A stretch of DNA of 64,000 nucleotides from Nanobdellota archaeon (GCA_027858295.1 JAQICZ010000043.1:23699-87698), one strand, 5' to 3'. Positions 17,746 through 27,516 are shown, numbered from the stretch's first letter. Notes: generated from the letters alone by a model not told the origin. Numbers and translations are program-made.

Positions 17746-19098
17746 TTAGTTTTCCAATACTTCTCTTCCTTCTTCTGCGGCAACCACTTGGAGTTGTTTC
17801 AAGATTGCTTTCTCGGCTTCCGGGAAGTCTCCTTTTTTGTTCTGATAATACATATACATCAGATTATCATAAGTTAATCTTCCGATCTTAATTATTTGTA
17901 GCTGGAAGGTTTCTATTTTTGTTTTGAAATACAATTCGAACAACTCATTATTGGGTACAGCATGTTCTAAAGTTGGATCTTCTGAAAGATATTTATTCCA
18001 AATATATCTATGGTCAAACTGCTTAGCAATAGCAAAGCGATCCTCCATTTCATTTGTGTGGTGATTAAAAACTTTTATTTTTAAATCAACAAGACAATAT
18101 GTATCAAGATTCTCCATTTTCGCTCTGATGTCGCGAAGTTCCGAATGGGAAAGAGAGTCTAGATATACAGAAATAACAGTTTCCCCCGTATACCCCGAAG
18201 AGAAGAAGTGGTTATAGACTTCATTATTCTTTGATGCAATTACAAAATCCAACCTCTGAGATGGTGGCATAAATGATAAATGTGAGTATAAATCATCTTC
18301 CACATTCTGCCACAAGCTACCTTCATTGATGAGAACTAATTCCATCATTTGCTCCGGGGATAAACTGTAATTTTTAACAAGGAAGCCTCCAAGCCCATAA
18401 TGATTTTTCCTTTTACATAAACTGTAAATTTCTCTTAGTGGAATTCGTCTTCTTTTAATTAATTCATTTAGAACTATATAATCACCGTCCTTTTTGAAAT
18501 CAAGGCCGTTTTTAATTATCCTTAACTGTTTCAAGTTAAGGGTACCATGTTTCACAAGAAGGCCATTGCGGGCTACAGACTCTTTTTCCTTCAGGTATTT
18601 TTCAATCTCCTTGAAGGATAATGAAGATATGTGCCCTGCAACTTTTGATTCGAGTGTAGACCATAACCAGCTCGACTCTAGGCAAAGATTAAACGCATCC
18701 TTTGAATCCTTAATTTCAAGATAAGGTAAAATAAAGGGTGTGAGCATTTGAGACTTTTTCAAAATAAACCTAAGTACTTCCTGAGTGATTCCCACTTCGT
18801 GATTTTTGATTATCCATTCACCCAAAACCTTTGTCATCTCAGAACTTGTGTCTTCACACCACAACGCTAAATGGGATATATTAATACCCAATTCTTTTGC
18901 AGCGAACAACTTATACTCTATTAAATCAGAAGCCTCAACACATTCCATTGAGAATATGTAGTCTTCTGTTTTTAGGGCCTCCTTTACGAAAGGAAATATC
19001 TCTTCAAAGAAATCTTTTTCCTTCAATTCCATTGCTAAAATTAAAAGCTCCTTTGGAGTTTTATTTCCAGCTGCTAAAATTACTGATAATTCTTCCAT
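17746..19098 (-). CDS. hypothetical protein
   Basis: 450-aa ORF, ATG start, TAA stop; no family recognised. Confidence 0.6.
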   Translation of the reverse strand: MEELSVILAAGNKTPKELLILAMELKEKDFFEEIFPFVKEALKTEDYIFSMECVEASDLIEYKLFAAKELGINISHLALWCEDTSSEMTKVLGEWIIKNHEVGITQEVLRFILKKSQMLTPFILPYLEIKDSKDAFNLCLESSWLWSTLESKVAGHISSLSFKEIEKYLKEKESVARNGLLVKHGTLNLKQLRIIKNGLDFKKDGDYIVLNELIKRRRIPLREIYSLCKRKNHYGLGGFLVKNYSLSPEQMMELVLINEGSLWQNVEDDLYSHLSFMPPSQRLDFVIASKNNEVYNHFFSSGYTGETVISVYLDSLSHSELRDIRAKMENLDTYCLVDLKIKVFNHHTNEMEDRFAIAKQFDHRYIWNKYLSEDPTLEHAVPNNELFELYFKTKIETFQLQIIKIGRLTYDNLMYMYYQNKKGDFPEAEKAILKQLQVVAAEEGREVLEN

Positions 19099-19143
19099 TT
19101 GTTTATTCTTTAAATTAATAATTGTGTTTTATTTTTATTTTGA

Positions 19144-19201
19144 ATTGCTTGCCGCGAACCGTTGACGGTTGGCTGTCTACAGCTTACGGTTGACGGTTGG
19201 C
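19144..19201 (-). repeat. R3 junction element copy b
   Basis: All but one position identical to copy a; about 46 nt upstream of the ATG at 19098. Confidence 0.85.
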
Positions 19202-19417
19202 TGTCGGTCTCTTGTGAAAAGCTGAATTTCCCTTAAAACTCTCCGACTCCAGGACAGATGAGTTTTATCCATGACGATTCTTTTTTTATGGTTTTTTACT
19301 TGAGCGAAGACGGGAAATATTGTCTCGCCTTTCGCTCGATTACTTGTTTTGATTCATTATCTCTAGCTGTGCTGGTAGATAATGATTGAAACTTCGGATA
19401 CAAATATCAGCTAATTG

Positions 19418-20155
19418 CTATTTACTCACAGAATCTTTTAGTTCAAGAAGTAAGATTCCTGAATGCTCATCAATCTCGATAGTAATCTTTCCCATTGGTT
19501 GAACCATGAGTACAATTACCATAATATTCGTTGAGCATACAATTATTTCCAAAAATTCCAGGGTAAGTTCTTCCCCTTTTTCAAAAAGTAAGGTAGAATA
19601 ACCATCTGAGCTCTTTAGTACGAGGGATGATTTTTTTGTATATTTAACCCCTCCGAGAACATAATCTACCTTTACTGGGTCAAAGATTCCCAACAATTTA
19701 TTTTTTGATTCTGGGAATTTTAACAATTCGAAATCAATCCCGTGGTCAATTACCAGACTCCTTAAGTCTTTCATCCATGAGATATCTTCCTTTACCATTC
19801 GGTGGCCGTCTGGTAGAAGATTGTTGGTAATGGCAATCATGCCTCCAAATGATGCATCTTCTGGACATATCCATAATGATTTCATTAAATACTGAACTAT
19901 AACGAACAAAGCATCCAGTGTCAGGTTCATTCTTTTTAAGCCCGTTTTAGTTGGTGTTACATCAATCACAGAGCTTTCATTTGTTGTTATTATTATAACA
20001 AATGATTCCGCTACTTCATCTTTCTTTTTGAAATAGATTCTGGACTCCATTCTCCCCACATTGTATTCGTAGGATGGAATGTTTAAGCTCACTTCTGTTT
20101 CCACATTATTAATGATTGTAATAACTTTTGGAAATATTGATTTTACATTTTTCAT
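19418..20155 (-). CDS. hypothetical protein
   Basis: 245-aa ORF, ATG start, TAG stop. Confidence 0.55.
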   Translation of the reverse strand: MKNVKSIFPKVITIINNVETEVSLNIPSYEYNVGRMESRIYFKKKDEVAESFVIIITTNESSVIDVTPTKTGLKRMNLTLDALFVIVQYLMKSLWICPEDASFGGMIAITNNLLPDGHRMVKEDISWMKDLRSLVIDHGIDFELLKFPESKNKLLGIFDPVKVDYVLGGVKYTKKSSLVLKSSDGYSTLLFEKGEELTLEFLEIIVCSTNIMVIVLMVQPMGKITIEIDEHSGILLLELKDSVSK

Positions 20156-20201
20156 AATAGAATCTCCTTTTAATTTTAATTTATGTTTGTTGTATTTTAC
20201 C

Positions 20202-20251
20202 CAGCTGCCAGCTAGCGGATTGCTAAGTATATTATCCGCTGCGCTGGCGAG
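20202..20251 (-). repeat. R1 junction element copy c
   Basis: CAGCTGCCAGC ... TATATTATCCGCTGCG ... GCTGGCGAG, about 47 nt upstream of the ATG at 20155. Confidence 0.65.
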
Positions 20252-20309
20252 ACATGTAAAGTGCTTCTTTTTACAGAGAAGTTTATAGTATTATTGTTTA
20301 TTAGAAAAA

Positions 20310-20792
20310 CTATTCTTCTTTTTCAGGGAAGAGTATTTCTATTACTTTTTCTTTCTCTTCCTCTTCCATATTAGAGGTAGCAGAAGTTAGGAGTTTGAAA
20401 GATTTTCTTTCCGATAATATCTCAAAGAAATCTCCCTTATCAACCTTTTCGACCACGGGTTCAAATGATAATGTTTCTTCTTTGAAAATAATTGGCGCGG
20501 TGATTTTTTTACCATCCGTTATAACTGAAATTTTCAAATTATCACTCATCCCGGCATGTTCTGTTCCAGAACGATACCAACCGAAGAAGTTATCGTCTTT
20601 TATTCTCTTTTCAAGAATATCCAATATTCGCCCGTAAACTAAATTATATGGTGAGCTTTCAGCGATACTACCAGTACTTCTTCCACCTACGCGATAATAC
20701 TTGGCCTCTTTGTCTAATAAGCCACTAAACTCTTCTGCGTTTGCAAGTAAATATATTACTGCAATTTTTAATGATTCTTTTTTATTTGCCAT
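20310..20792 (-). CDS. hypothetical protein
   Basis: 160-aa ORF, ATG start, TAG stop, acidic C-terminus. Confidence 0.55.
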   Translation of the reverse strand: MANKKESLKIAVIYLLANAEEFSGLLDKEAKYYRVGGRSTGSIAESSPYNLVYGRILDILEKRIKDDNFFGWYRSGTEHAGMSDNLKISVITDGKKITAPIIFKEETLSFEPVVEKVDKGDFFEILSERKSFKLLTSATSNMEEEEKEKVIEILFPEKEE

Positions 20793-20839
20793 TGTTTTAA
20801 AATTTAAGTATTGTTTATTTAAATTATTTTTTTGTTAAC

Positions 20840-20895
20840 TTCCCTCGCAAACTCGTGGATTTGATAAATTTTATTATTCGCTGCGCTGCGGGCAA
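20840..20895 (-). repeat. R1 junction element copy d
   Basis: TTCCCTCGCAA ... TTGATAAATTTTATTATTCGCTGCG ... CTGCGGGCAA, then AGCTACT; about 48 nt upstream of the ATG at 20792. Confidence 0.7.
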
Positions 20896-21024
20896 AGATT
20901 ATAGCTACTTTTTATGGGAGTCCTGAGATTCTCTTTGTGGACACTGTGATTACTACTGTCTTAGGATCTCTTTTGTAAAGGTTTGACAGTTCATCTGATT
21001 TTAAATAAAATATAATAGTTCCTC

Positions 21025-21732
21025 CTATAATTCATTTAATTTTTCTATTATTATTTGATACATTTCCTCCTCTAACTCTTCTCGTTTTTCAATTGGGAGA
21101 GAAGACTCCAGGTTTGATAGGATACTTTTAAACTTTTTGTTATATTTTAACATAGATAAAAGGAAACTACCTTTTTGTGTATACAAGGTTATATGCCCGT
21201 CATAATAAGAGTCTATTGTAAAATATAATATTCCTAAACTTTCCAGGACTTCTAGAGAATCTTCTTCTTTTGAAAAGAAACAACCTTTAGACCTATTCTT
21301 CATAAAATCATCTATCAATCTTGCAAGCGACTTCTTTATTTCGAATTCAGAATACCTTGCTTTCTTAATCTGAATAGAGTATATTATTCTGAAGATTGAA
21401 AAAGTGCTTATTGAACAAACTATTAATATTATCGGCATTTCTTCCCAGATGTCAAAAATGCATAATAAAATTAATTGCGAGAACATGGTTGCGCTTAAAA
21501 ATACCAGGAATGATAGTCTAGCCTTTTCCTTATTATAAGCCGCATCTATTTTTTCCGGGTCAAACTCCATCGTGTAAACAAAAAATCCCATGAGCAAAAG
21601 CAAATAGGATATTTTATCTACCAATTCTAACAAATTTCCAATCAATATTAATTCAGAGTAAGAGATTGTAAATAATGACAATAACGATATTATTATTCCA
21701 GTTATTCTTGTTTTTTTTGAATTGTTTTTCAT
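21025..21732 (-). CDS. hypothetical multi-pass membrane protein with soluble C-terminal domain
   Basis: 235 aa; 4-5 hydrophobic helices in the first 130 aa. Confidence 0.55.
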   Translation of the reverse strand: MKNNSKKTRITGIIISLLSLFTISYSELILIGNLLELVDKISYLLLLMGFFVYTMEFDPEKIDAAYNKEKARLSFLVFLSATMFSQLILLCIFDIWEEMPIILIVCSISTFSIFRIIYSIQIKKARYSEFEIKKSLARLIDDFMKNRSKGCFFSKEEDSLEVLESLGILYFTIDSYYDGHITLYTQKGSFLLSMLKYNKKFKSILSNLESSLPIEKREELEEEMYQIIIEKLNEL

Positions 21733-21825
21733 TTTGTTTAGTTTTAAAATTAGTTATTTGACTTTTTCTTTTACTTTCCCTCGCATGGCTTAGCCGTTCA
21801 TATTTTCATAACAAGGCTCATTAAT

Positions 21826-22131
21826 CTAATCAAAGATTGCCCTCGAAGGAATAGGAGCGGATTCAAGTCCTAAAGATTGAAGATCTGTTATTTCTCCTGG
21901 AGCACACCAAAGATGGCCAGGAGTAAAGACATCGGATTCGCCCTTATATCTAAAAAAGGCATGCAGATATCTTGGATAGGCAGCTATTCGCCCGGCACCA
22001 ACAAGGATTATTATTCTCCCGTTGTAAATGAGTGCATCTCTAGGCCTTGCTGAAAACATTGAGCAAGCTTCGACTGAAGTATCAATTTCAATCGAGGCAT
22101 TGCCTCCTTTTCTTATGAAATTTTTCTTCAT
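21826..22131 (-). CDS. hypothetical protein
   Basis: 101-aa ORF, ATG start, TAG stop. Confidence 0.5.
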   Translation of the reverse strand: MKKNFIRKGGNASIEIDTSVEACSMFSARPRDALIYNGRIIILVGAGRIAAYPRYLHAFFRYKGESDVFTPGHLWCAPGEITDLQSLGLESAPIPSRAIFD

Positions 22132-22159
22132 GATATTTAATTTTTAGTTATTGACAAAT

Positions 22160-22972
22160 TCAATCTGAGGGATCTAACCAATAGGTGTCACCTATCAACC
22201 ACTCATTTAAAATAAGCTTTTGATAAACCGTAAAATTATTCACAGTCTCCTCACCAACCCTTGAGGCCATTGCTTCGATAAGACTATCCCTCATTGCCCT
22301 TACTGCGAGTCTTTTCTCGTTGGTCCAGTTAATAGAAATAACCTTTTTCAACTGAAAAATTAATTGTTTCCATTCCTTAGCCGTAAAACCGTTGTCTCTC
22401 TCTCTGTGGACTATCTCCTCGACCATCTTACCTTGAGGATAGGTTGCCTTCTCTGGAGCCAGGGCTTCCACTAATTGAAAAAAGTCAGCTCTTTTTAGAT
22501 AATCTTCAACATTGCTATTAAGATTCTCCATTTCATAATCTGCTAAATTATTAGGAATAAACATTTCAGAAAAATCAATCACTTCGCAATCTCCAGATAA
22601 CTTATTATTTAGACCCCCCAAGAAGATAGAACGCTCTTTTTGGGAGGTACACCAGACTGCAGAACATAGGGATTTTGGGGACATACTCTCCTTATCAAAA
22701 TCTAGAGCATCACCCCTTTTTCTAATAGTAGACTTCCTCCAGGGAAACTTTTTCATCAGGGATCCAAGTTGCTGATGATTTTTAGCCTTCATTATTATTG
22801 ACTTTGTCTCATAGTTATCTATCACAATTAAAACTATTGCAGGAGTTACGAACACTCTGTAAACACCTGCATTCTCAGCTATCAATGATATACCTAGAAA
22901 TGATACAATAAGAGCTAAAAAAACTATTAATACTTTTAGTTTAAATCTTTTTATTTCCTTAACTAAATTCAT
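22160..22972 (-). CDS. hypothetical membrane-anchored protein
   Basis: Track start 23050 is TTG and overlaps the upstream gene; ATG at 22972 gives MNLVKEIKRFKLKVLIVFLALIVSFLGISLI (TM). Confidence 0.5.
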   Translation of the reverse strand: MNLVKEIKRFKLKVLIVFLALIVSFLGISLIAENAGVYRVFVTPAIVLIVIDNYETKSIIMKAKNHQQLGSLMKKFPWRKSTIRKRGDALDFDKESMSPKSLCSAVWCTSQKERSIFLGGLNNKLSGDCEVIDFSEMFIPNNLADYEMENLNSNVEDYLKRADFFQLVEALAPEKATYPQGKMVEEIVHRERDNGFTAKEWKQLIFQLKKVISINWTNEKRLAVRAMRDSLIEAMASRVGEETVNNFTVYQKLILNEWLIGDTYWLDPSD

Positions 22973-23042
22973 AACCTTATTTTTATTTTTGTTTATTTCT
23001 ACTGTGAGTAACTGGTTTAATGCCGCTCTGTCTCTTTTTCCG

Positions 23043-23204
23043 TTATACAAGGAGGCTGTTAATTGTGCCCAAATCTTCTTTGCAATCTTTATTTGTAGAA
23101 CAAGCCCTTAGCTCTGAACTGCTCATTTTCCGGTAATTTCTACGATGATTTTGATTTGAACCTTCGCCACCAGACTTTTTGTTGTTATTGTTTCTTTTTG
23201 ACAT
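23043..23204 (-). CDS. hypothetical small polar/basic protein
   Basis: Track start is TTG; ATG at 23204 gives MSKRNNNNKKSGGEGSNQNHRRNY..., similar in composition to the QGGNG N-terminal family. Confidence 0.4.
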   Translation of the reverse strand: MSKRNNNNKKSGGEGSNQNHRRNYRKMSSSELRACSTNKDCKEDLGTINSLLV

Positions 23205-23231
23205 CTTACTCGGTATTTGTTTATTTTGCTT

Positions 23232-23589
23232 TTCTCCCAATTTTGACCAAAAATACAATTATTTCTAAATCTCAACATAACTTACATAACCTGAAAAAAT
23301 TGTTCGCTCCGCTCATATAAATTTTGAATTATCGCCGGTGGCAGATGCAAATAGTGTAAATTATTTTTTCAAAATTGATGCTATTTTCTGTTTGAAATAT
23401 AATATTTGCCTCTATACAAAAATGCCGCAGATTTTTTGGCACGACATATACCCAGAGCGAATGTCATAAGGAGTCGATAATTAAAGTGTCTTTATTCTGA
23501 GCTGTAGCGAAGGTCTTTTTTATCTTTAATGAGCTAATGTTGCTAAATATCAATGAATTAAACTTTTGAGTTAGTCAAAATTGGGAGAA
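23232..23589. other. segment flanked by 16-bp perfect inverted repeats (candidate invertible switch or MITE)
   Basis: TTCTCCCAATTTTGAC at 23232-23247 and its exact reverse complement GTCAAAATTGGGAGAA at 23574-23589 (19 of 20 if extended); the enclosed 326 bp contains R1 copy f. Confidence 0.8.
23303..23349 (-). repeat. R1 junction element copy f
   Basis: TTCGCTCCGCTCA ... TTTTGAATTATCGCC ... GGTGGCAGATGCA; same orientation as the other island copies. Confidence 0.65.
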
Positions 23590-23767
23590 GAGCCTTTATT
23601 TTATTTTTAGATAAAAGTATGAAAATGTGAATTATTTTATACTAAAATGCAAACCTACTTTGAATATGTTCTTTACTATCTCAAGGATTTTTGCTGTCTT
23701 GGGATAACCTTTTAACATATTTCATCCCTCTGATAAAAGAGTGGTGGATATTGCGAATATGACAATT

Positions 23768-24604
23768 TTAGTCTTCAAGTATTAATTCTCCTACTCTTTT
23801 AGACAAGGCATCTTTTGTCAATGAATCTGGACAAAATTTAAAACTTGTTTTGAGCGTATCCATGTCTGAAATAAAAGATGTAACATTAGTAATGACCTCA
23901 CTTAAAAATTCATCAAAAGCATCAAAGCTTTTCTTTTTTGGATGTAAGGAATCTAAATGCCTTATTGCTTTCATCATAATATCTTCTGATTTGATTATTC
24001 TAACCTCAAGAGTTTTAGCGGCAAAATCTGAATCTAAATAATAGTAGGTAAAAAGCATAGGGTAACTTCCGTTCAATATTCTTTTTTCTGCTCTTAATTG
24101 TGAAGAGCCTGAAAGGATTTCATAGATAACAACTAGGGTTGTCAAATCTAATTCCAAAATATCATTATTTATTTCGTCTTCGAGACTAGAAGCTTCTCGA
24201 CTGAGCGGTTTTGATAAATTTAATGCAAAGACTTTTTCCCTTATTGTTTCAGGAGCCCTTTCCCCTTCTACTACCTCTTCAAAATTTACTCTCCAGTTTT
24301 TAACATACTTAAGATGTCTACTATTAAAAGAACTGTAAAGTGTTTTGAAAGCAAATAATCTTTCACGGGAGCCCTTTGCCTCTTTGAGTCTTTTGTAAAG
24401 AAGTGCCCGAGCTATTCTTGCAGAATTTACTCTTGATATTGTGAAAAGCAATAATATTTCAACCACTAATGCAAGTATGAAATAAAAAATCGTTCCTTGT
24501 TCTAATACATTAAAAAGACCCCAAATGCTACAGGTAACCAACGCCGAGACTGCAATCCACAAAAGGATTGACCACAACCAGGTGGATTTTGGTATTTTTT
24601 TCAT
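23768..24604 (-). CDS. hypothetical membrane protein (two N-terminal TM helices)
   Basis: 278-aa ORF, ATG start, TAA stop. Confidence 0.55.
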   Translation of the reverse strand: MKKIPKSTWLWSILLWIAVSALVTCSIWGLFNVLEQGTIFYFILALVVEILLLFTISRVNSARIARALLYKRLKEAKGSRERLFAFKTLYSSFNSRHLKYVKNWRVNFEEVVEGERAPETIREKVFALNLSKPLSREASSLEDEINNDILELDLTTLVVIYEILSGSSQLRAEKRILNGSYPMLFTYYYLDSDFAAKTLEVRIIKSEDIMMKAIRHLDSLHPKKKSFDAFDEFLSEVITNVTSFISDMDTLKTSFKFCPDSLTKDALSKRVGELILED

Positions 24605-24606
24605 AT

Positions 24607-24855
24607 TTATTGTTTTATTAATTTTAGAAATGATTCTATCATTTCCTTACTTTCATTAATATATGTATCACTTGGCTTCTTGGTGGGCCAATACAATGGA
24701 TAGCCGCCAACATTATAGCCGAAGTTTTTATCCTCCTCTAAGAAAGGAGTTGAATAAAGAGCTTCCACAGGATGAAAATTCCATTCCATCTCGCTCAACC
24801 TTGTCAGATTTTCTAAGAAAATACAGGCGTCGATTGCCTTTATTTCTTTTAACAT
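24607..24855 (-). CDS. hypothetical protein (possibly 5'-truncated)
   Basis: 82-aa ORF; the frame stays open for about 47 protein-like codons upstream of the first ATG with no start codon. Confidence 0.45.
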   Translation of the reverse strand: MLKEIKAIDACIFLENLTRLSEMEWNFHPVEALYSTPFLEEDKNFGYNVGGYPLYWPTKKPSDTYINESKEMIESFLKLIKQ

Positions 24856-25154
24856 TTTACAATAAGAATCTGCTGATTTATCTCCAAATGATTGCTTTAT
24901 TCCGCGATAAACTGCCTCTAAAATTTCAGAATTAATGTCATAATAAAGTACATTTCTTCTTCTTGAATAATCAAAAGCATTTGTTGATAAGCCAGTATTT
25001 CTTATTATTTATAATAAGCTTTTTTTGTTTTTTATTATTCGATTTTTTTGTTTTTAGAATTTTAAAATCAAGAGCCACAAATTTGTAAGGCATATTTGGG
25101 CTCCTGATTTTGTTAATTAAGTACTATATTTCGTTACTCGCTGAAAAGATGCTT

Positions 25155-25973
25155 TTATCTCGGCAAGTGTTTGAATAGTGCTATGCTCGTACGCCAATCT
25201 TTTTTATTGCCTCGATAGAAATAATCTGCTGTATTCCCTCCATGCCCACAGTCGTAATTTTTGATGTCCATCAAAAAGGAGATATCCGAATGATTAACCA
25301 CTACACGGAAGGAGTTTTCATCTATTGAAAAATAAGAATCTCCGCTTTCATTATTCTTGGCGATGACCATAATTGAAGGAGAATTGTCATTTAAACTGAG
25401 ATTTAATAAAAGATTTGAATCTCCTAAAAATTCACCTTCTTTTAGGCGTAATATCGTCAACCCCATCTCTTTATTTATTGTTAAGATGTTTGAAGAGCCG
25501 TCAGACAGGGAAGCATCAATTGAAATATCCAAATCAAATAACAGCTTTTCATAGCTAGTGTTTACCATATTTCCGTAAAAATACATTAACTTAAGCCCCT
25601 TTTTCTTTCCTGCTTTTGTGAGCTTTCGTATTCTTTTTTTCGAGCTTACCACAAGGGAGTCCCCTGGTGCAACTTTTAGTTCATCATTCAAATTCCAAAT
25701 GACTTCCTGATTCACAACCTCTGTGAAATAGAATTTTTTAAATCCGGAAACAAAGTCATAGTTTTCCATCACATAGTCTGAACCCGAAGACTTAAGATTT
25801 AATCCAAAACCTCTTTGAACTTTCATCGTGAATTGCTCAGATCTTCTGAATCCGGTTTCTATAATCTCCACTCTCAAAGTGTCTGAATAACAGAATACTA
25901 ACCTGTTATCTTGAGCATTCGCTTTTACAACTAAAAGCATTGCTATTGATAATACTAATAATATCTTTTTCAT
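25155..25973 (-). CDS. hypothetical secreted protein, tandem paralog 1
   Basis: ATG at 25973 gives signal peptide MKKILLVLSIAMLLVVKANAQ; mature N-terminus aligns with 26057..26905 (LVFCYSDTLRVEII vs ATLCLKDTIRMTVL). Confidence 0.6.
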   Translation of the reverse strand: MKKILLVLSIAMLLVVKANAQDNRLVFCYSDTLRVEIIETGFRRSEQFTMKVQRGFGLNLKSSGSDYVMENYDFVSGFKKFYFTEVVNQEVIWNLNDELKVAPGDSLVVSSKKRIRKLTKAGKKKGLKLMYFYGNMVNTSYEKLLFDLDISIDASLSDGSSNILTINKEMGLTILRLKEGEFLGDSNLLLNLSLNDNSPSIMVIAKNNESGDSYFSIDENSFRVVVNHSDISFLMDIKNYDCGHGGNTADYFYRGNKKDWRTSIALFKHLPR

Positions 25974-26008
25974 TTTTCTATGTATTATTTGTTTTAACAT
26001 TAATTTAC

Positions 26009-26045
26009 AAGGTAGCATATTCTCAAACTGGAAATATGCTACCTT
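26009..26045. promoter_or_regulatory. 12-bp perfect palindrome between tandem paralogs
   Basis: AAGGTAGCATAT (26009-26020) and ATATGCTACCTT (26034-26045) separated by 13 nt; ATATGCTAC recurs at 26052-26060 across the upstream stop codon. Confidence 0.6.
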
Positions 26046-26056
26046 AGAACAATATG

Positions 26057-26905
26057 CTACTTGAGCTTTAATTCTTCAGTAACTGATTTTAATTGGCAGT
26101 TCTCAAAACTCACAATTGCCTGGGACTGGTACTTTGTGCTTAGACTCTGAAACTTTTTAAGAGAAACTCTACCTAACCAACCATGAGAGGAATTTTTTAT
26201 AAATATATTGAAACCATTTCCTTCAATTCTCATAAAATGGAATGTCTTTTCTTTTAGTTGAAAATATGATTTCTTTTGATCAATCATGTCTCCTCCATTA
26301 AAAAAGAAACTACCTTCTTCTAGCCAAAAATTTAGATTTAGTGGCCCGCTGTTAAAAGACTTATTTTCAAGAGAAAAGCCAACTAGGACATTTTTATGTT
26401 CATTTGGATGATAATCCTTTTGGTGCTCCTCATCGGTTAAAGCTGATTGGATGTCGGCATCTAAGTTTACAAATACCTCCTCATAACTTTCCTTAAACAT
26501 TCCTATTTTTTCTTCATAGAAGCCTATTAATTTGGCTTCTGAATTGGAATCCATATTTACTTTTGTTATTGACTCAAGAGCACATCCTTTTGGCAACCAG
26601 GCACTTAACTCACTCAAGCTTTCCCTGGACAATACAAAAACCTCACCACTGGTACTGATTTTTATCAGCGACAATTTATCCTTCTTATTCAGAATAGTAA
26701 AAACTTCTGAAACCTTTCCATTTGAATTGATATCAAGTCCGGTTCCAACTTCAATTGTAAAATTTTCCAAAAGATCCCCCCTTACATCAGAGTGTAATAC
26801 TGTCATTCGGATTGTGTCTTTCAGGCATAAGGTTGCTTTATTATTATTCTGTGCAGCTGCTGATAAACCAATCAACATTACTGCGATTAAAAATAAGTTT
26901 TTCAT
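26057..26905 (-). CDS. hypothetical secreted protein, tandem paralog 2
   Basis: 282 aa; signal peptide MKNLFLIAVMLIGLSAAAQ. Confidence 0.6.
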   Translation of the reverse strand: MKNLFLIAVMLIGLSAAAQNNNKATLCLKDTIRMTVLHSDVRGDLLENFTIEVGTGLDINSNGKVSEVFTILNKKDKLSLIKISTSGEVFVLSRESLSELSAWLPKGCALESITKVNMDSNSEAKLIGFYEEKIGMFKESYEEVFVNLDADIQSALTDEEHQKDYHPNEHKNVLVGFSLENKSFNSGPLNLNFWLEEGSFFFNGGDMIDQKKSYFQLKEKTFHFMRIEGNGFNIFIKNSSHGWLGRVSLKKFQSLSTKYQSQAIVSFENCQLKSVTEELKLK

Positions 26906-27069
26906 CTTTTCTTTTTTTAATTATTATTATTATTTTAGAAATTTTATTTTGTCAACCGCAAACGACCAAGTAATAAAATATTTTGGTCGCTTTTGGTTGA
27001 CAATTAATTATTAATTTATTCCTACCCATCTTTTAGAATCTGTACAAAGGGGTTCCTTTTTCGATGGAT

Positions 27070-27516
27070 TTAAGCTGGTGAAAAGAAAAACTCCCCGTTC
27101 TGCAGGATATGCTCGAAAGACACCCCGTCTTTCATCTCTACCACCAACATCTCATGTAAATCCTCTTGCAAAAATGTCCCTAAAACTTTTGTATCGGCAA
27201 GAAACAAGCCAGAAACACAAGCCCTACCATTCCACCCTTGTTCTATGGATTCTATTTTTTTATGAAAAGCTCCTGACGATGGAAGTACTTGACCCACAGA
27301 ATCTAAAAAGCGCTTCAGGTCTTTTGTGGCAATAATTGACACAGGAACCTCTTCTCCAAGCAGGTCTTCAATAGAATCATAACCTGCGCCGAACAGTTCT
27401 AAAAAATCTACGGAGACTATTCCATCACTGTCTGGCACGATATAGAATTTCATTCCTTTTGTTACTCGGTGAATATGGTTATAACCTAAATTTACTAAAT
27501 GATTTTTACTTCTCAT
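27070..27516 (-). CDS. hypothetical protein
   Basis: 148 aa; C-terminal VSGLFLADTKVLGTF...LVVEM resembles VSGYFIGTGKIFGTY...LLVKM of 28357..28800. Confidence 0.5.
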   Translation of the reverse strand: MRSKNHLVNLGYNHIHRVTKGMKFYIVPDSDGIVSVDFLELFGAGYDSIEDLLGEEVPVSIIATKDLKRFLDSVGQVLPSSGAFHKKIESIEQGWNGRACVSGLFLADTKVLGTFLQEDLHEMLVVEMKDGVSFEHILQNGEFFFSPA

